Source: a virus. From it: 64,000 nucleotides of DNA. The stretch is from positions 5,666-69,665 of the IMG/VR virus record IMGVR_UViG_3300025727_000011, one strand, 5' to 3'. Every line of letters begins with the position of its first letter. Within the stretch, counting starts at the first letter, position 1. This document shows positions 20,562-29,289 of the stretch, piece after piece. The notes below the pieces were generated by a model. That model ran no database searches, was not told the origin of the DNA, and was given only the letters and a program-made list of their open reading frames with translations. The translations under genes and the position numbers were made by a program.

Positions 20562-20608
20562 AACCACAAGTGCTACTCGACTTCTGGTCGGTCACTTGGA
20601 TCAAGTGA

Positions 20609-20821
20609 ATGGCCCGGATCTACCACGATGAACACAATGACAAGGGCGAGCGGGCATTGGTCTGGATCGTCTGCGATGACTGCGGCAAGAAAGCCAAGCC
20701 CGGTGACCCGGAGATGTTGGCGAACTGGATCAAGATGGGCTTTCACAGCGGTCGCGCTGGCGATCCATCGAACCTAGACGAGTGGGTTTACTGCGGAACC
20801 TGCAAACAGGAGCACACATGA
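20609..20821 (+). CDS. Small Zn-finger hypothetical protein
   Basis: CDDC and CGTC; overlaps the next start. Confidence 0.5.
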   Translation: MARIYHDEHNDKGERALVWIVCDDCGKKAKPGDPEMLANWIKMGFHSGRAGDPSNLDEWVYCGTCKQEHT

Positions 20822-21129
20822 GCAACCAACCCCTCAACATGGTCCGACTTCGACTTGACGTGGAGTCGATGCGGCACTCGGTCGTTCACGCTCTGATTGA
20901 CCATCAGGGTGAGATTCAGAAGCAGGTCGAAGCAGAAATCACGGAACTCGTGACCAACGGCCACCTGGAGCACAAGATCAAGGAGTCGGTACGCCATCAC
21001 CTCGACATGGCTATCAGCGAAGCCGTGAAGCACGCGATGTCGTCGTGGATCCGCGAGTCGCCCACGGTCAAGCAGGCGATTCAGAACGCCGTGACGGATG
21101 CTTTGTGGCAGACGGAGAAGAAACCATGA
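20818..21129 (+). CDS. Hypothetical helical protein
   Basis: ATGA-coupled ORF with AGGAG RBS. Confidence 0.55.
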   Translation: MSNQPLNMVRLRLDVESMRHSVVHALIDHQGEIQKQVEAEITELVTNGHLEHKIKESVRHHLDMAISEAVKHAMSSWIRESPTVKQAIQNAVTDALWQTEKKP

Positions 21130-21557
21130 TGGACACGAAGGCAGAGATGGATCTGATCCGCCAGAAGATCATGGCCGGACTCGGAGTTAGTGGGGAGATG
21201 CTGAACGGCCCGACGACCTATGCCACGTCGAGCATCAGCGCGTGGATGGTCGAGGCGTCTAAGTCCAAGATGATTACTGGACAGTTGACCCGCGACGAGT
21301 ACATCAAGGCGAACCTTGCTTCGGAGATGCGGAAGCATCGGGGCAAGAAGCGGCTCCGCAAGAAGAAAGCGAAGCGTGCCCTTCGGATGCGGTGGGGCTT
21401 CATGCAGATGGGTCGCTTGCTCGCTTCACGGAGGGTCAACTACTCGGAGATCGGTCGCAAGCTGGTCGTGGTCGATCCGCCGCCCATGTCTTCGAGCATA
21501 ATCTACGACAGTGGCATCGACATTGCTGACGTGGTGACCGGGGGCAACGATGAATGA
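21126..21557 (+). CDS. Hypothetical protein containing a capsid N-terminal-like segment
   Basis: C-terminal RRVNYSEIGRKLVVVDPPPMSSSIIYDSGIDI aligns without gaps to the major capsid segment MRRDYLAVGRRTFLVEQLPDGALPIYDKDPDV. Confidence 0.6.
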   Translation: MMDTKAEMDLIRQKIMAGLGVSGEMLNGPTTYATSSISAWMVEASKSKMITGQLTRDEYIKANLASEMRKHRGKKRLRKKKAKRALRMRWGFMQMGRLLASRRVNYSEIGRKLVVVDPPPMSSSIIYDSGIDIADVVTGGNDE

Positions 21558-21575
21558 GACAACTAGGAGGCAAAC

Positions 21576-21824
21576 ATGCCCGGATTTTTCATGATCGACA
21601 AAGGCACCAACGTGGAGACGCTGAGGCGCACTCTATGCCGCCTGCCAATGGTGGGGGAGGTCGCTATCTTCCCCTGCGACGAGACCGGGCTTCAGGTCGT
21701 TGGTGGCGCTGAAGCGGAGGCGCTACTTGTGCGGTGCGATGGAAACGCTGACTTCGCCAAGTTCGCCTGCGAATCGCAGGGTTATGCGCGGGTTCTCCCT
21801 TCACCTTGGGTGGGTGATGAGTGA
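21576..21824 (+). CDS. Hypothetical protein
   Basis: AGGAGG RBS. Confidence 0.5.
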   Translation: MPGFFMIDKGTNVETLRRTLCRLPMVGEVAIFPCDETGLQVVGGAEAEALLVRCDGNADFAKFACESQGYARVLPSPWVGDE

Positions 21825-22089
21825 CCCCGCATACCTCATCCTCAACGGCCCACATCGGGGTATGAAGCAGCAGGCCATCAATGGCCCAGTGCTACGTCTG
21901 GAGAATAACGGGATCGAGGACTTGTGGGAGATGCCCCGAGTCATCACCTACACGCTTCAGACGCTTGCCGTTGCAGACGACGGCACACAGAAGTCTCACT
22001 CTTTCTGGCTGACCGAGGACACGAAGCAGAGCGCCATCACAATGGTTGACCTGCTGGTTGACCTTGCAGGGGAGGTGAACGATGGCTAA
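21817..22089 (+). CDS. Hypothetical protein
   Basis: Coupled small ORF. Confidence 0.5.
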   Translation: MSDPAYLILNGPHRGMKQQAINGPVLRLENNGIEDLWEMPRVITYTLQTLAVADDGTQKSHSFWLTEDTKQSAITMVDLLVDLAGEVNDG

Positions 22090-22339
22090 TCGACTCAACA
22101 AGTGTCCAGCGTGCGGTGCCCTCCAGTACACGGACATCGTGGTGAAGGCCCACAACCCCGACACCACGGACATGAACATGCGGGCGACCCTCCGGTGCGG
22201 CGGTCCCGTTCCTGACGTGGTTTGGAAGGGCACGGTTCTGGAAGCCGCCCACGAGGTCGAAGGCTGCGGCCACGAGTGGGAGGGCCGGGTCACGTCCCCC
22301 CATCACCGCCGAGGACGCGAAAGAGGGGAATACATCTGA
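22082..22339 (+). CDS. Zn-ribbon hypothetical protein
   Basis: CPAC...CG...CGHEW; GGAGG RBS. Confidence 0.55.
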   Translation: MANRLNKCPACGALQYTDIVVKAHNPDTTDMNMRATLRCGGPVPDVVWKGTVLEAAHEVEGCGHEWEGRVTSPHHRRGRERGEYI

Positions 22340-22527
22340 TGCGTAAGATTTTCATGAACGTCGAGGACTACCTCGACATCGTGATGTACGGCAACCCCGA
22401 ATACGAAGGTCTGTCCGAAGAAGCCCCTCGCTCCCCCGGCAGTATCGCAGAACTCCTCCGAGAGTTGGAACAGGGGGGTCATCTTCCACTCGATTCCGGT
22501 AAAGAGGGGGAGGAGGAAACACCATGA
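22339..22527 (+). CDS. Small acidic hypothetical protein
   Basis: TGATG-coupled start (MRKIFMNVEDY...). Confidence 0.45.
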   Translation: MRKIFMNVEDYLDIVMYGNPEYEGLSEEAPRSPGSIAELLRELEQGGHLPLDSGKEGEEETP

Positions 22528-22955
22528 GCATGAGCATCAACGATGACGTATTCACCTTGTTTGGTGGTGACGATGGCCTCGGTGTTGAGATTCAACCCGT
22601 CACCCCTGTGCGAATGAAGGGCAGCAAGGAACAAGGGTTTGAGGCGTTCCACCTCGCCAACCCTCACGTCTACAAGTCCGTCGTCGCTGTCTCCCTTGAC
22701 CTCAAGGAGCGAGGGTTCCGCAAGGGTGGCATGAAGATGGTCTTTGAGCGTCTGCGATGGCTCTACGCCATCCAGACGGTTGGGGAGGACTACAAACTCA
22801 ACAACAACTACACGGCCTACTACGCCCGTCTCGTGATGGAAACGGTGCCCGACCTCGATGGGTTCTTTGAGACGCGGTTGCGCCAAGGGCAGGATCCTTA
22901 CGTCCCCGATCTTGAGACGTTGGGGTTCCCATCGAAGGGAGAGGAAACACCATGA
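22524..22955 (+). CDS. Hypothetical phage protein
   Basis: FEAFHLANPHVY...FERLRW...YKLNNNYTAYYARL...FFETR; flanked by a 19-bp direct repeat. Confidence 0.65.
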   Translation: MSMSINDDVFTLFGGDDGLGVEIQPVTPVRMKGSKEQGFEAFHLANPHVYKSVVAVSLDLKERGFRKGGMKMVFERLRWLYAIQTVGEDYKLNNNYTAYYARLVMETVPDLDGFFETRLRQGQDPYVPDLETLGFPSKGEETP

Positions 22956-23917
22956 GCATCAACCTCGTCTGGCGCACAGACGTTCACCTGTCCGACCGCG
23001 CACCGTCCTCAAGAACCGACGACTGGGCTGACACCGTGTTCGACAAGCTGGGGCAGGTCCGTGATCTCGCACGCGAGGTCAACGCCGCTGCGATCCTCGA
23101 CGGCGGTGACTTCTTCCACATCAAGTCCCCGACCCGGAACAGCCACGCGCTCGTTCACCGGACGGCAGAGCACCACGCGGACTACCCGTGCCCGGTCTAC
23201 TGCACGCCGGGGAACCACGACTCCGTGTACGGCGACTACTCATTCCTGCCCCAGCAGCCGTTGGGCGTCCTGTTCTCAACAGGGGTCTACAAGCGGCTCT
23301 ACGATGAGCACGAGGCTGTGTTCACCCACGAGGGGGTCACCGTCCGCGTAGTGGGCATTCCGTACCACGGCACCACCTACGACATGGAACGGTTCACCAG
23401 CATCGTGAAGGGCGACGAAGACGTTCTGATCTGCGTTGCTCATGTTCTCGCCAGCCACAGAGGCGGCACCATGTTTGAAGGCGAGGACATCGTGAAGTAT
23501 GCCGACCTCGTGGACACAGCCCCCGACGTGTACATGTTCGGCCACTGGCACAAGAACCAAGGCGTCGAGGAGATCGGCGGCAAGCAGTTCGTGAACATCG
23601 GCTCCCTGACCCGTGGCTCGCTCTCGCAGGACAACCTCGACCGGGTGCCCGCTGCGGCGGTGCTTCGCTGCACCAGCGATGGGGTCAAGGTCGAGGTTGT
23701 GCCACTCAACGTCCGTCCCGCCGAGGACGTGTTCGACGTGGAGGGCCGCGAGCGGCAGGTCAAGCGCCAAGTGGAGATGGATTCGTTCGTCACCGCGATC
23801 CGCGATGCGCTCCAACCTCCCGAGGACGGTGAGACGCTGGCCGAAGCCGTGACGGGCATGGACAACGTGCCCAACGAGATCCGCGAGCGGGCGTTGGCCT
23901 ACTTGGAGCAGGCGTGA
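22952..23917 (+). CDS. sbcD: SbcD/Mre11-like metallophosphoesterase nuclease
   Basis: DVH, GGDFFH, GNHD, AH and FGHWH motifs. Confidence 0.85.
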   Translation: MSINLVWRTDVHLSDRAPSSRTDDWADTVFDKLGQVRDLAREVNAAAILDGGDFFHIKSPTRNSHALVHRTAEHHADYPCPVYCTPGNHDSVYGDYSFLPQQPLGVLFSTGVYKRLYDEHEAVFTHEGVTVRVVGIPYHGTTYDMERFTSIVKGDEDVLICVAHVLASHRGGTMFEGEDIVKYADLVDTAPDVYMFGHWHKNQGVEEIGGKQFVNIGSLTRGSLSQDNLDRVPAAAVLRCTSDGVKVEVVPLNVRPAEDVFDVEGRERQVKRQVEMDSFVTAIRDALQPPEDGETLAEAVTGMDNVPNEIRERALAYLEQA

Positions 23918-24012
23918 AGCTGCGTCTGTTGCGCGGCAATCAGCTATTCGATGTGGGTGCGGCGGGAGAACCGACGCCAGCGGGTACGGTGCTCCCTGCA
24001 AAGGAACGCTCG

Positions 24013-24954
24013 ATGAATAAGGACTCAACCCTCTATTGGTCGCATCTCGCGGCCTACGAGAAATGCCCGCAGATGTTCCTGTGGAACAAGGGGTGGGATG
24101 GGATTGATCTCGGATACGGTCCTGGCTATCCAATGCCCCGCCCACAGGACGACTCCAAGCACCATGCCGTCATGGGCATCGCCATTCAGTACGCGGTCGA
24201 GAAGATGTACAACGACGAGTTGTACCGCGACCCGAAGAACCTCCTTACCGTCATGCTCCAGATTGGCGAGAAGGAGTTTGCTCGTCAGGAAGCGAAGCCC
24301 CGAAACAACATCGACTACGGTAAGGCCCGCATGGCCCGCGAGGACATGCTGGACATCGTTCGTGATGGGATCACGGGCTACCTCGCCACGATGAAGGCTC
24401 ACAGATTTCTCGGACCTTATGCGAAGGCCGAGGTCAACTTGCTTGCTTGGATCGACAAGTGGAACCCCATCGGCGGTCGAGCCGACACCATCGTGCGCCG
24501 GGACGACACCGGGATCACGATCATCGACGGCAAGAACACCAAGTGGAAGATGAAGTACACCGACCCAGATCAGTTGCGCTGGTATGCGCTGCTGTTCAAG
24601 TTGGCATACCGTCAGATGCCTGATCGGCTTGCTTATGTCTGGTATCGGTTTCCCCACGGCAAGAAGTCTCACGCTGAGGACGGCTCCGAGTTCATTGAAA
24701 CCGGGGTCGAGTGGGTCGAGTTTGATGAGGATGATTTGAAGGGGTTGGCCCAGCGTGCTCTCGACGCCAAGAAGGCGATGTGGAAGGGCAAGTTCGCCCC
24801 TACGCCCAGCCCCAAGACCTGTCGGTTCTGTGATTTTGAGTCGATTTGTGATGCTCGAAAGGAGCAGAGGCAGGCGAACGCCGCGAAGCGTGGTCGGAAA
24901 AGTAAGATAGAAGCTATCACCGAAGGCGATGGCTTCGTTGATCTTACTCTTTGA
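24013..24954 (+). CDS. PD-(D/E)XK nuclease (RecB/Cas4-like)
   Basis: CP...GRAD...IIDGK...QLRWYA...CRFCDFESIC (Fe-S-type cysteines). Confidence 0.8.
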   Translation: MNKDSTLYWSHLAAYEKCPQMFLWNKGWDGIDLGYGPGYPMPRPQDDSKHHAVMGIAIQYAVEKMYNDELYRDPKNLLTVMLQIGEKEFARQEAKPRNNIDYGKARMAREDMLDIVRDGITGYLATMKAHRFLGPYAKAEVNLLAWIDKWNPIGGRADTIVRRDDTGITIIDGKNTKWKMKYTDPDQLRWYALLFKLAYRQMPDRLAYVWYRFPHGKKSHAEDGSEFIETGVEWVEFDEDDLKGLAQRALDAKKAMWKGKFAPTPSPKTCRFCDFESICDARKEQRQANAAKRGRKSKIEAITEGDGFVDLTL

Positions 24955-24962
24955 GGCTTAAC

Positions 24963-24990
24963 GGGGGGTGTTTGTTTGTTGTGTCGGGTA
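24963..24990 (+). promoter_or_regulatory. Putative middle promoter
   Basis: GGGGGGT-N15-CGGGTA before ATG 25017. Confidence 0.5.
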
Positions 24991-25016
24991 CTTCCTGACA
25001 TTGAGAGGGAGCGCAC

Positions 25017-25289
25017 ATGAGTGATTTGGATGATCGGTTGAACAAAGCTGTGATTCTCCGTGATAGATTGGCCGGGGAAGCGCAACGTATTGCGGGTCGA
25101 AAAGAAGCTGCGGAAAAGGCTCTAAAAGAGGTCGAGGACGAAATCCGTTCCAAGAACCTTGATCCTGACACCCTTGATGCAACCCTCACTACTTTGACGG
25201 AAGCCTATGAGACTTCCGTGGCGGCTTTCATTGATGAGGTCGCCAAAGCCAAAGAAGCTCTCTCACCTTTTACGGAGAACCAGCTATGA
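25017..25289 (+). CDS. Small coiled-coil protein
   Basis: 90-aa helical ORF coupled to the clamp gene. Confidence 0.6.
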   Translation: MSDLDDRLNKAVILRDRLAGEAQRIAGRKEAAEKALKEVEDEIRSKNLDPDTLDATLTTLTEAYETSVAAFIDEVAKAKEALSPFTENQL

Positions 25290-26431
25290 AAATCGAAGTC
25301 GCTAAGAGCGATCTTGAGGTCGCTCTCAAGGTCGTATCCACTACAGTCGGATCAGGGTCCGACCTGTCCGCTCATTACCTTTTTCGCATCCATGAAGATC
25401 AGACCGAGGTGCTGTCCTCTTACATGCGTGTCTTTTCTCGGAGTTCCTTTACATCTAATACCGATGGTGAGGATGGTGATGCGTTCACCGTCGAGGCATG
25501 GCGGCTGGACAAATGGATCTCCTCTGTCGGGGACGGTGTTCTCACCCTTGCATCTGACGAGAATGGGGAAGTCATTGCCAAGGGTCCGCGCAGTCGGATC
25601 AAGCTGCGGTCCTTGGACTCTTCCAGGTTCCCTTTCTGGGATGGTCTTCTCTCCAATGCCGAGTCGATGGGTGAGATCGATCCCGGTGTTCTGCACCGAG
25701 CGATTAGCTTGAGCAAAAACTTCGTTTCGACCGACGATACTCAGCGCCCCAATATCTGCCAGATCGAAGCAAACGAAGGCAATTTGATGGCCACTAACCG
25801 ACAGGTTTTGTCTAGTGTGAGGGTTTGTGATCTCAGTAATTTGAGCCTTCGCATCCCTACACTGGACATCGGCACGGTGCTCAAGTTCCTGGGAGACAAG
25901 ACTACACAGGAAGGGGTGGTTGACGTGTTGGAGGCTTCGCGCCCTGATGGGGGTGGGGAAGCGGCGTTGGTGGTAATGCGGCCTGACGGGTCGTATATCG
26001 GAGTGTCACGTCCTACATTGGCGATGCCTCGACTTCCCGTTGAAGTCGAGAGCACGGACATCACCCTCACACTGGATGTCGCTGAGTTCCGAGGAGCTAT
26101 CGACGTACTGCTTGCTTCGGCACCCAAAGGCCATGAGATCGTGAGGTTCTCATCGGTGGATGATGCGTTGGTGCTCTCAATGTCGTCCGATGCAGGAGGC
26201 GAAGACGAGTATCCGTTGATCACTTCAACAGCGACCGGTTTGGGGGATGTGACGTTTTCCTTGACTCATTCTTACATTGGTGCGATTTCAGACCATTTTG
26301 ATCTCGACACCCTTTCTTTGGGTGTTCATCAAAGAGGTCAGGGTGGGTATGTTTCCTTTGTTCATCAAGACGAAGGTGCAACGGAGGATTCCGGTAATCA
26401 TTACCATACGGTGATTGTGTGGAGAGCTTGA
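25286..26431 (+). CDS. dnaN: DNA polymerase III beta-type sliding clamp
   Basis: 381 aa; MKIEV.KSDL..AL start, STDDTQRP and LMATNRQVL resemble DnaN motifs; dnaX is nearby. Confidence 0.7.
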   Translation: MKIEVAKSDLEVALKVVSTTVGSGSDLSAHYLFRIHEDQTEVLSSYMRVFSRSSFTSNTDGEDGDAFTVEAWRLDKWISSVGDGVLTLASDENGEVIAKGPRSRIKLRSLDSSRFPFWDGLLSNAESMGEIDPGVLHRAISLSKNFVSTDDTQRPNICQIEANEGNLMATNRQVLSSVRVCDLSNLSLRIPTLDIGTVLKFLGDKTTQEGVVDVLEASRPDGGGEAALVVMRPDGSYIGVSRPTLAMPRLPVEVESTDITLTLDVAEFRGAIDVLLASAPKGHEIVRFSSVDDALVLSMSSDAGGEDEYPLITSTATGLGDVTFSLTHSYIGAISDHFDLDTLSLGVHQRGQGGYVSFVHQDEGATEDSGNHYHTVIVWRA

Positions 26432-27069
26432 CCCCCAGCTACGATGCTCTGTGCCTAGAGTTGGCACGAACGGAAGCCTTGCGCGACTCTGCTCAAAAGG
26501 CTCTGTCCGATGCTAACCGTCAGGTCATGGTCTTGGAGGTAGAGGTAGAGATACTCGACCGGGTAGCTGACCTGTTCCGCACGCTCATCGACCGGGAGGT
26601 GGTGGATAATGCCAAGACCGTCGAGAGTCTACTGACCGAGGGGTTGCAAGCTATCTTCGATGACCTCGACCTCTCTGTGCGGTCAGAGATTGACATCCAG
26701 CGAGGCAAGGTCGCCGTGGACTTGATCACGGTGCAGAAGCAAGAGGACGGCACTACGACTGAAGGGTCCAGTACGGATGCTTACGGCGGTTCTGTGACTA
26801 CGGTTCAGTCAGTCTTGCTTCGTATTGTTGTACTCAATCGACGTGGTTTGCGTCCGTTGCTCTTGCTGGACGAGTCTTTGGCGGCGGTGAGTGAGCACTA
26901 CGTTCCTCGGGTCGGGCAGTTTCTCTCAACTCTCGCAGATAGGATGGGTCTGGATGTGTTGGCTGTGAGCCACAACCCGGCGTTGGTTGAAGCTGCAACC
27001 AACGCTTATCGAATCAACAAGAAGGACGGCAAAGCCTCTTTTCGGCAAATCGGGAAGGCGCAGCATTGA
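26419..27069 (+). CDS. sbcC: SbcC/Rad50-like ATPase, C-terminal half
   Basis: Short coiled coil, signature-like YGGS, Walker B LLLLDE, H-loop AVSH. No Walker A. Confidence 0.75.
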   Translation: MESLTPSYDALCLELARTEALRDSAQKALSDANRQVMVLEVEVEILDRVADLFRTLIDREVVDNAKTVESLLTEGLQAIFDDLDLSVRSEIDIQRGKVAVDLITVQKQEDGTTTEGSSTDAYGGSVTTVQSVLLRIVVLNRRGLRPLLLLDESLAAVSEHYVPRVGQFLSTLADRMGLDVLAVSHNPALVEAATNAYRINKKDGKASFRQIGKAQH

Positions 27070-27482
27070 TGCGTGATATGGGTGCCATACGTCAGAAACT
27101 CAAACAGGCGCAGTATCGGCATCTGAAGCGGGTTCTCTGTGAGAGGTTCCCCTCCAATGAGGAGTGGCCTCGGGAAGAGGTTGAGAAAATCAAATCCGAG
27201 CACCGGACGTTTTTCGCTACTGCATCTCTTGCAGCCATTGCTAGAGACTTTCCTGATGTAGCGGCTCTGATGTGGGTGTTAGAGGACCAGCCAGATCAAC
27301 CACTGGTGATCAATGGGACGTTGGTGGGCCGGATAGGTGGCGTTATGATTTGGGCTGACACGAATGAGGATGCAGATCATGCTCGGTGTCTGATTGACCG
27401 CATTGTAGATGCCGCAACCTCCCCCACGACACTCCCCGAGCCAATTCAAAAGTCTTGGTGGCAGAGGTGGTTGTTCGGATGA
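27066..27482 (+). CDS. Hypothetical protein
   Basis: Coupled ORF. Confidence 0.5.
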   Translation: MMRDMGAIRQKLKQAQYRHLKRVLCERFPSNEEWPREEVEKIKSEHRTFFATASLAAIARDFPDVAALMWVLEDQPDQPLVINGTLVGRIGGVMIWADTNEDADHARCLIDRIVDAATSPTTLPEPIQKSWWQRWLFG

Positions 27483-28027
27483 ACCCCAACCTACTTACGG
27501 TAATTACCGTCGCAACCACTCGTATCCCCCTTATGATGGATGGGGTTGCAGTACCCCGCAAAGAGGGGCCTTTCTTGATTACGTCAAGTAAGTCGCTCTT
27601 GTGGGTTGAAGATGCGTTTGGGGATGGGTTCTTACGGTTGGCTGTGCGACAAGTGCCTCTTGTGGATTTGTTTCGGGCTTTGGTGGAATCCATCGCAGAG
27701 GTGGGTGCCAAGAGGTCTTGGGGGAATGTCCTACCTGCCACAAAAGAAGGGGTGTTGGAGGGGTTGTCTCACCTGCATTACTACGATCTCAGAGATGTGT
27801 CGCTGCTTTACGGGGCTGATTTTGACATCGGGGTGGCCGCTGATCTCCCTCGTGTTCCAGCAGATTGGCTCCCCCCCTCATGGGCGGTCCTCGTCCCTGA
27901 CAGGGACTTCGTCGGAACCGCCTTCACCTTCAATGAAGGTCGTGTGGGAGCGGTTGTTCATAATCCTTCGCGGGGTGTAGTCGTACTTCGGTGTAAAGGG
28001 GGGTTGTTGGCTGATGTGGTCGGGTAA
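27479..28027 (+). CDS. Hypothetical protein
   Basis: ATGA-coupled ORF. Confidence 0.5.
   Translation: MNPNLLTVITVATTRIPLMMDGVAVPRKEGPFLITSSKSLLWVEDAFGDGFLRLAVRQVPLVDLFRALVESIAEVGAKRSWGNVLPATKEGVLEGLSHLHYYDLRDVSLLYGADFDIGVAADLPRVPADWLPPSWAVLVPDRDFVGTAFTFNEGRVGAVVHNPSRGVVVLRCKGGLLADVVG
27998..28026 (+). promoter_or_regulatory. Putative middle promoter
   Basis: GGGGGGT-N16-CGGGTA before the primase gene. Confidence 0.5.
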
Positions 28028-28035
28028 ACCAACCC

Positions 28036-28767
28036 ATGAAAGACTGGCTTGCTTCTGCCCTGCTAGAGTCCGCTGACTCCATTCCCGAAGATGCCGAAGG
28101 GCATGTTCTGGGGCGTGGTTTGCCTTACGCTTTAGTTTCCGAGATGAGAGTGGGTGTGTGGAAGTGTCCACAAGACCCGTGCCCGGATGCTTCCTTTACC
28201 AAGAGGTATGGAGAGTTTGGTCAGCGGGTGGAGGGGTGGCTCAGCTTCCCGCTATGGTCCCCTCGGGGTCATATCATCGGTGTTGAGTTTCGGTCCTGGG
28301 AGTATGGGGATTCTCACGAACCTCAAAAGTTCTACTTGCCAGACTCCGGGTGGTTGCCGGTATTCGTCGGCATGGTTCCTTCTGCTTTCCATCGGATTTG
28401 GGACGGAGGTGATGTCTGGTTGGTCGAGGGGTGGTCTGACCTAGCGGTGGCTCATGTGATTCCAGAGGAGGCTACGGGATTAGCGAATGGAGGGGCCAAG
28501 ATCACTTCTCAGCAAGTTGCTTTTCTTTCGCGCTTCTTGTCACCGCGTGCCCGAGTACACGTCTGTTTCGATATGGATGAGACAGGTCAGAAAATGGCTC
28601 GTGGATACACTCATCCCGAGACAGGCAAACGGGTCTGGGGGGTTGTCGAACGACTTGAGCGGGCGGGAGTAAAGGCACGGGTAGTCGTTTACCGGGGAGG
28701 GAAAGACCCTGGAGAAATCTGGGAGAAATCCGGCACTCCTGCATTACGGAATGCCTTGGCCCTGTGA
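28036..28767 (+). CDS. dnaG: DnaG-type primase, catalytic/TOPRIM part
   Basis: FPL...G.IIG..FR, LVEGWSD, CFDMDETG, KDPGE. No N-terminal Zn finger. Confidence 0.75.
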   Translation: MKDWLASALLESADSIPEDAEGHVLGRGLPYALVSEMRVGVWKCPQDPCPDASFTKRYGEFGQRVEGWLSFPLWSPRGHIIGVEFRSWEYGDSHEPQKFYLPDSGWLPVFVGMVPSAFHRIWDGGDVWLVEGWSDLAVAHVIPEEATGLANGGAKITSQQVAFLSRFLSPRARVHVCFDMDETGQKMARGYTHPETGKRVWGVVERLERAGVKARVVVYRGGKDPGEIWEKSGTPALRNALAL

Positions 28768-28768
28768 A

Positions 28769-28796
28769 GGGGGGTTCTAACCGTCCTTGGCGGGTA
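28769..28796 (+). promoter_or_regulatory. Putative middle promoter
   Basis: GGGGGGT-N15-CGGGTA before ATG 28825. Confidence 0.5.
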
Positions 28797-28824
28797 TCAC
28801 ACAACACTAAAGAGAGGTTCTGAA

Positions 28825-29289
28825 ATGGCAGTCGATATTTGGAAAGCCCCCGATGATGTCCACGACAAGGTGCGAGAGTTGATTGGGCAACACCACCCTG
28901 ACCTCGCTCTCATTGTGGACGAGATCATCGTGGTGTTTCGTGGGAAGGCTGGCAAGTCTGGGGGGCAGGTTGTTCTCGGAAACAGCAAGAAGGTCGCGGC
29001 GTTGGCCAATGCTATAGGCAACACTGACTTCAAGTTTGTGTTGGAGGTCGCGGCAGATCAGTGGGATCAAGAGTTGACATCCAAGCAACGAGATGCCTTG
29101 TTGGACCATCTTCTCACTGCTTGTCGGTGTGAGGAAGACCCCAAGAGCGGCGATCTCAAGTGCTCGGTCGCAAAACCGGACATCATGGCTTTTCGTGAGA
29201 ACATTGACCGGTACGGTATGTGGTTCCCCAGAGAAGAGAGTGAAGAGGACCCTTCACCGGTCGAGGAAATGTTCGGGACGGGTGAGTGA
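28825..29289 (+). CDS. Putative phage metallopeptidase-like protein with degenerate active site
   Basis: HHPDL...VLG...DFKFVLEV...W...ALLDHLL...KPDI..F...IDRYG pattern. Confidence 0.6.
   Translation: MAVDIWKAPDDVHDKVRELIGQHHPDLALIVDEIIVVFRGKAGKSGGQVVLGNSKKVAALANAIGNTDFKFVLEVAADQWDQELTSKQRDALLDHLLTACRCEEDPKSGDLKCSVAKPDIMAFRENIDRYGMWFPREESEEDPSPVEEMFGTGE

Noticed and set aside
24013-24954. Cas4-like nuclease as part of a CRISPR system
   Set aside because: No cas1/cas2 or array is visible; the context is a recombination cluster, typical of stand-alone phage PD-(D/E)XK nucleases.
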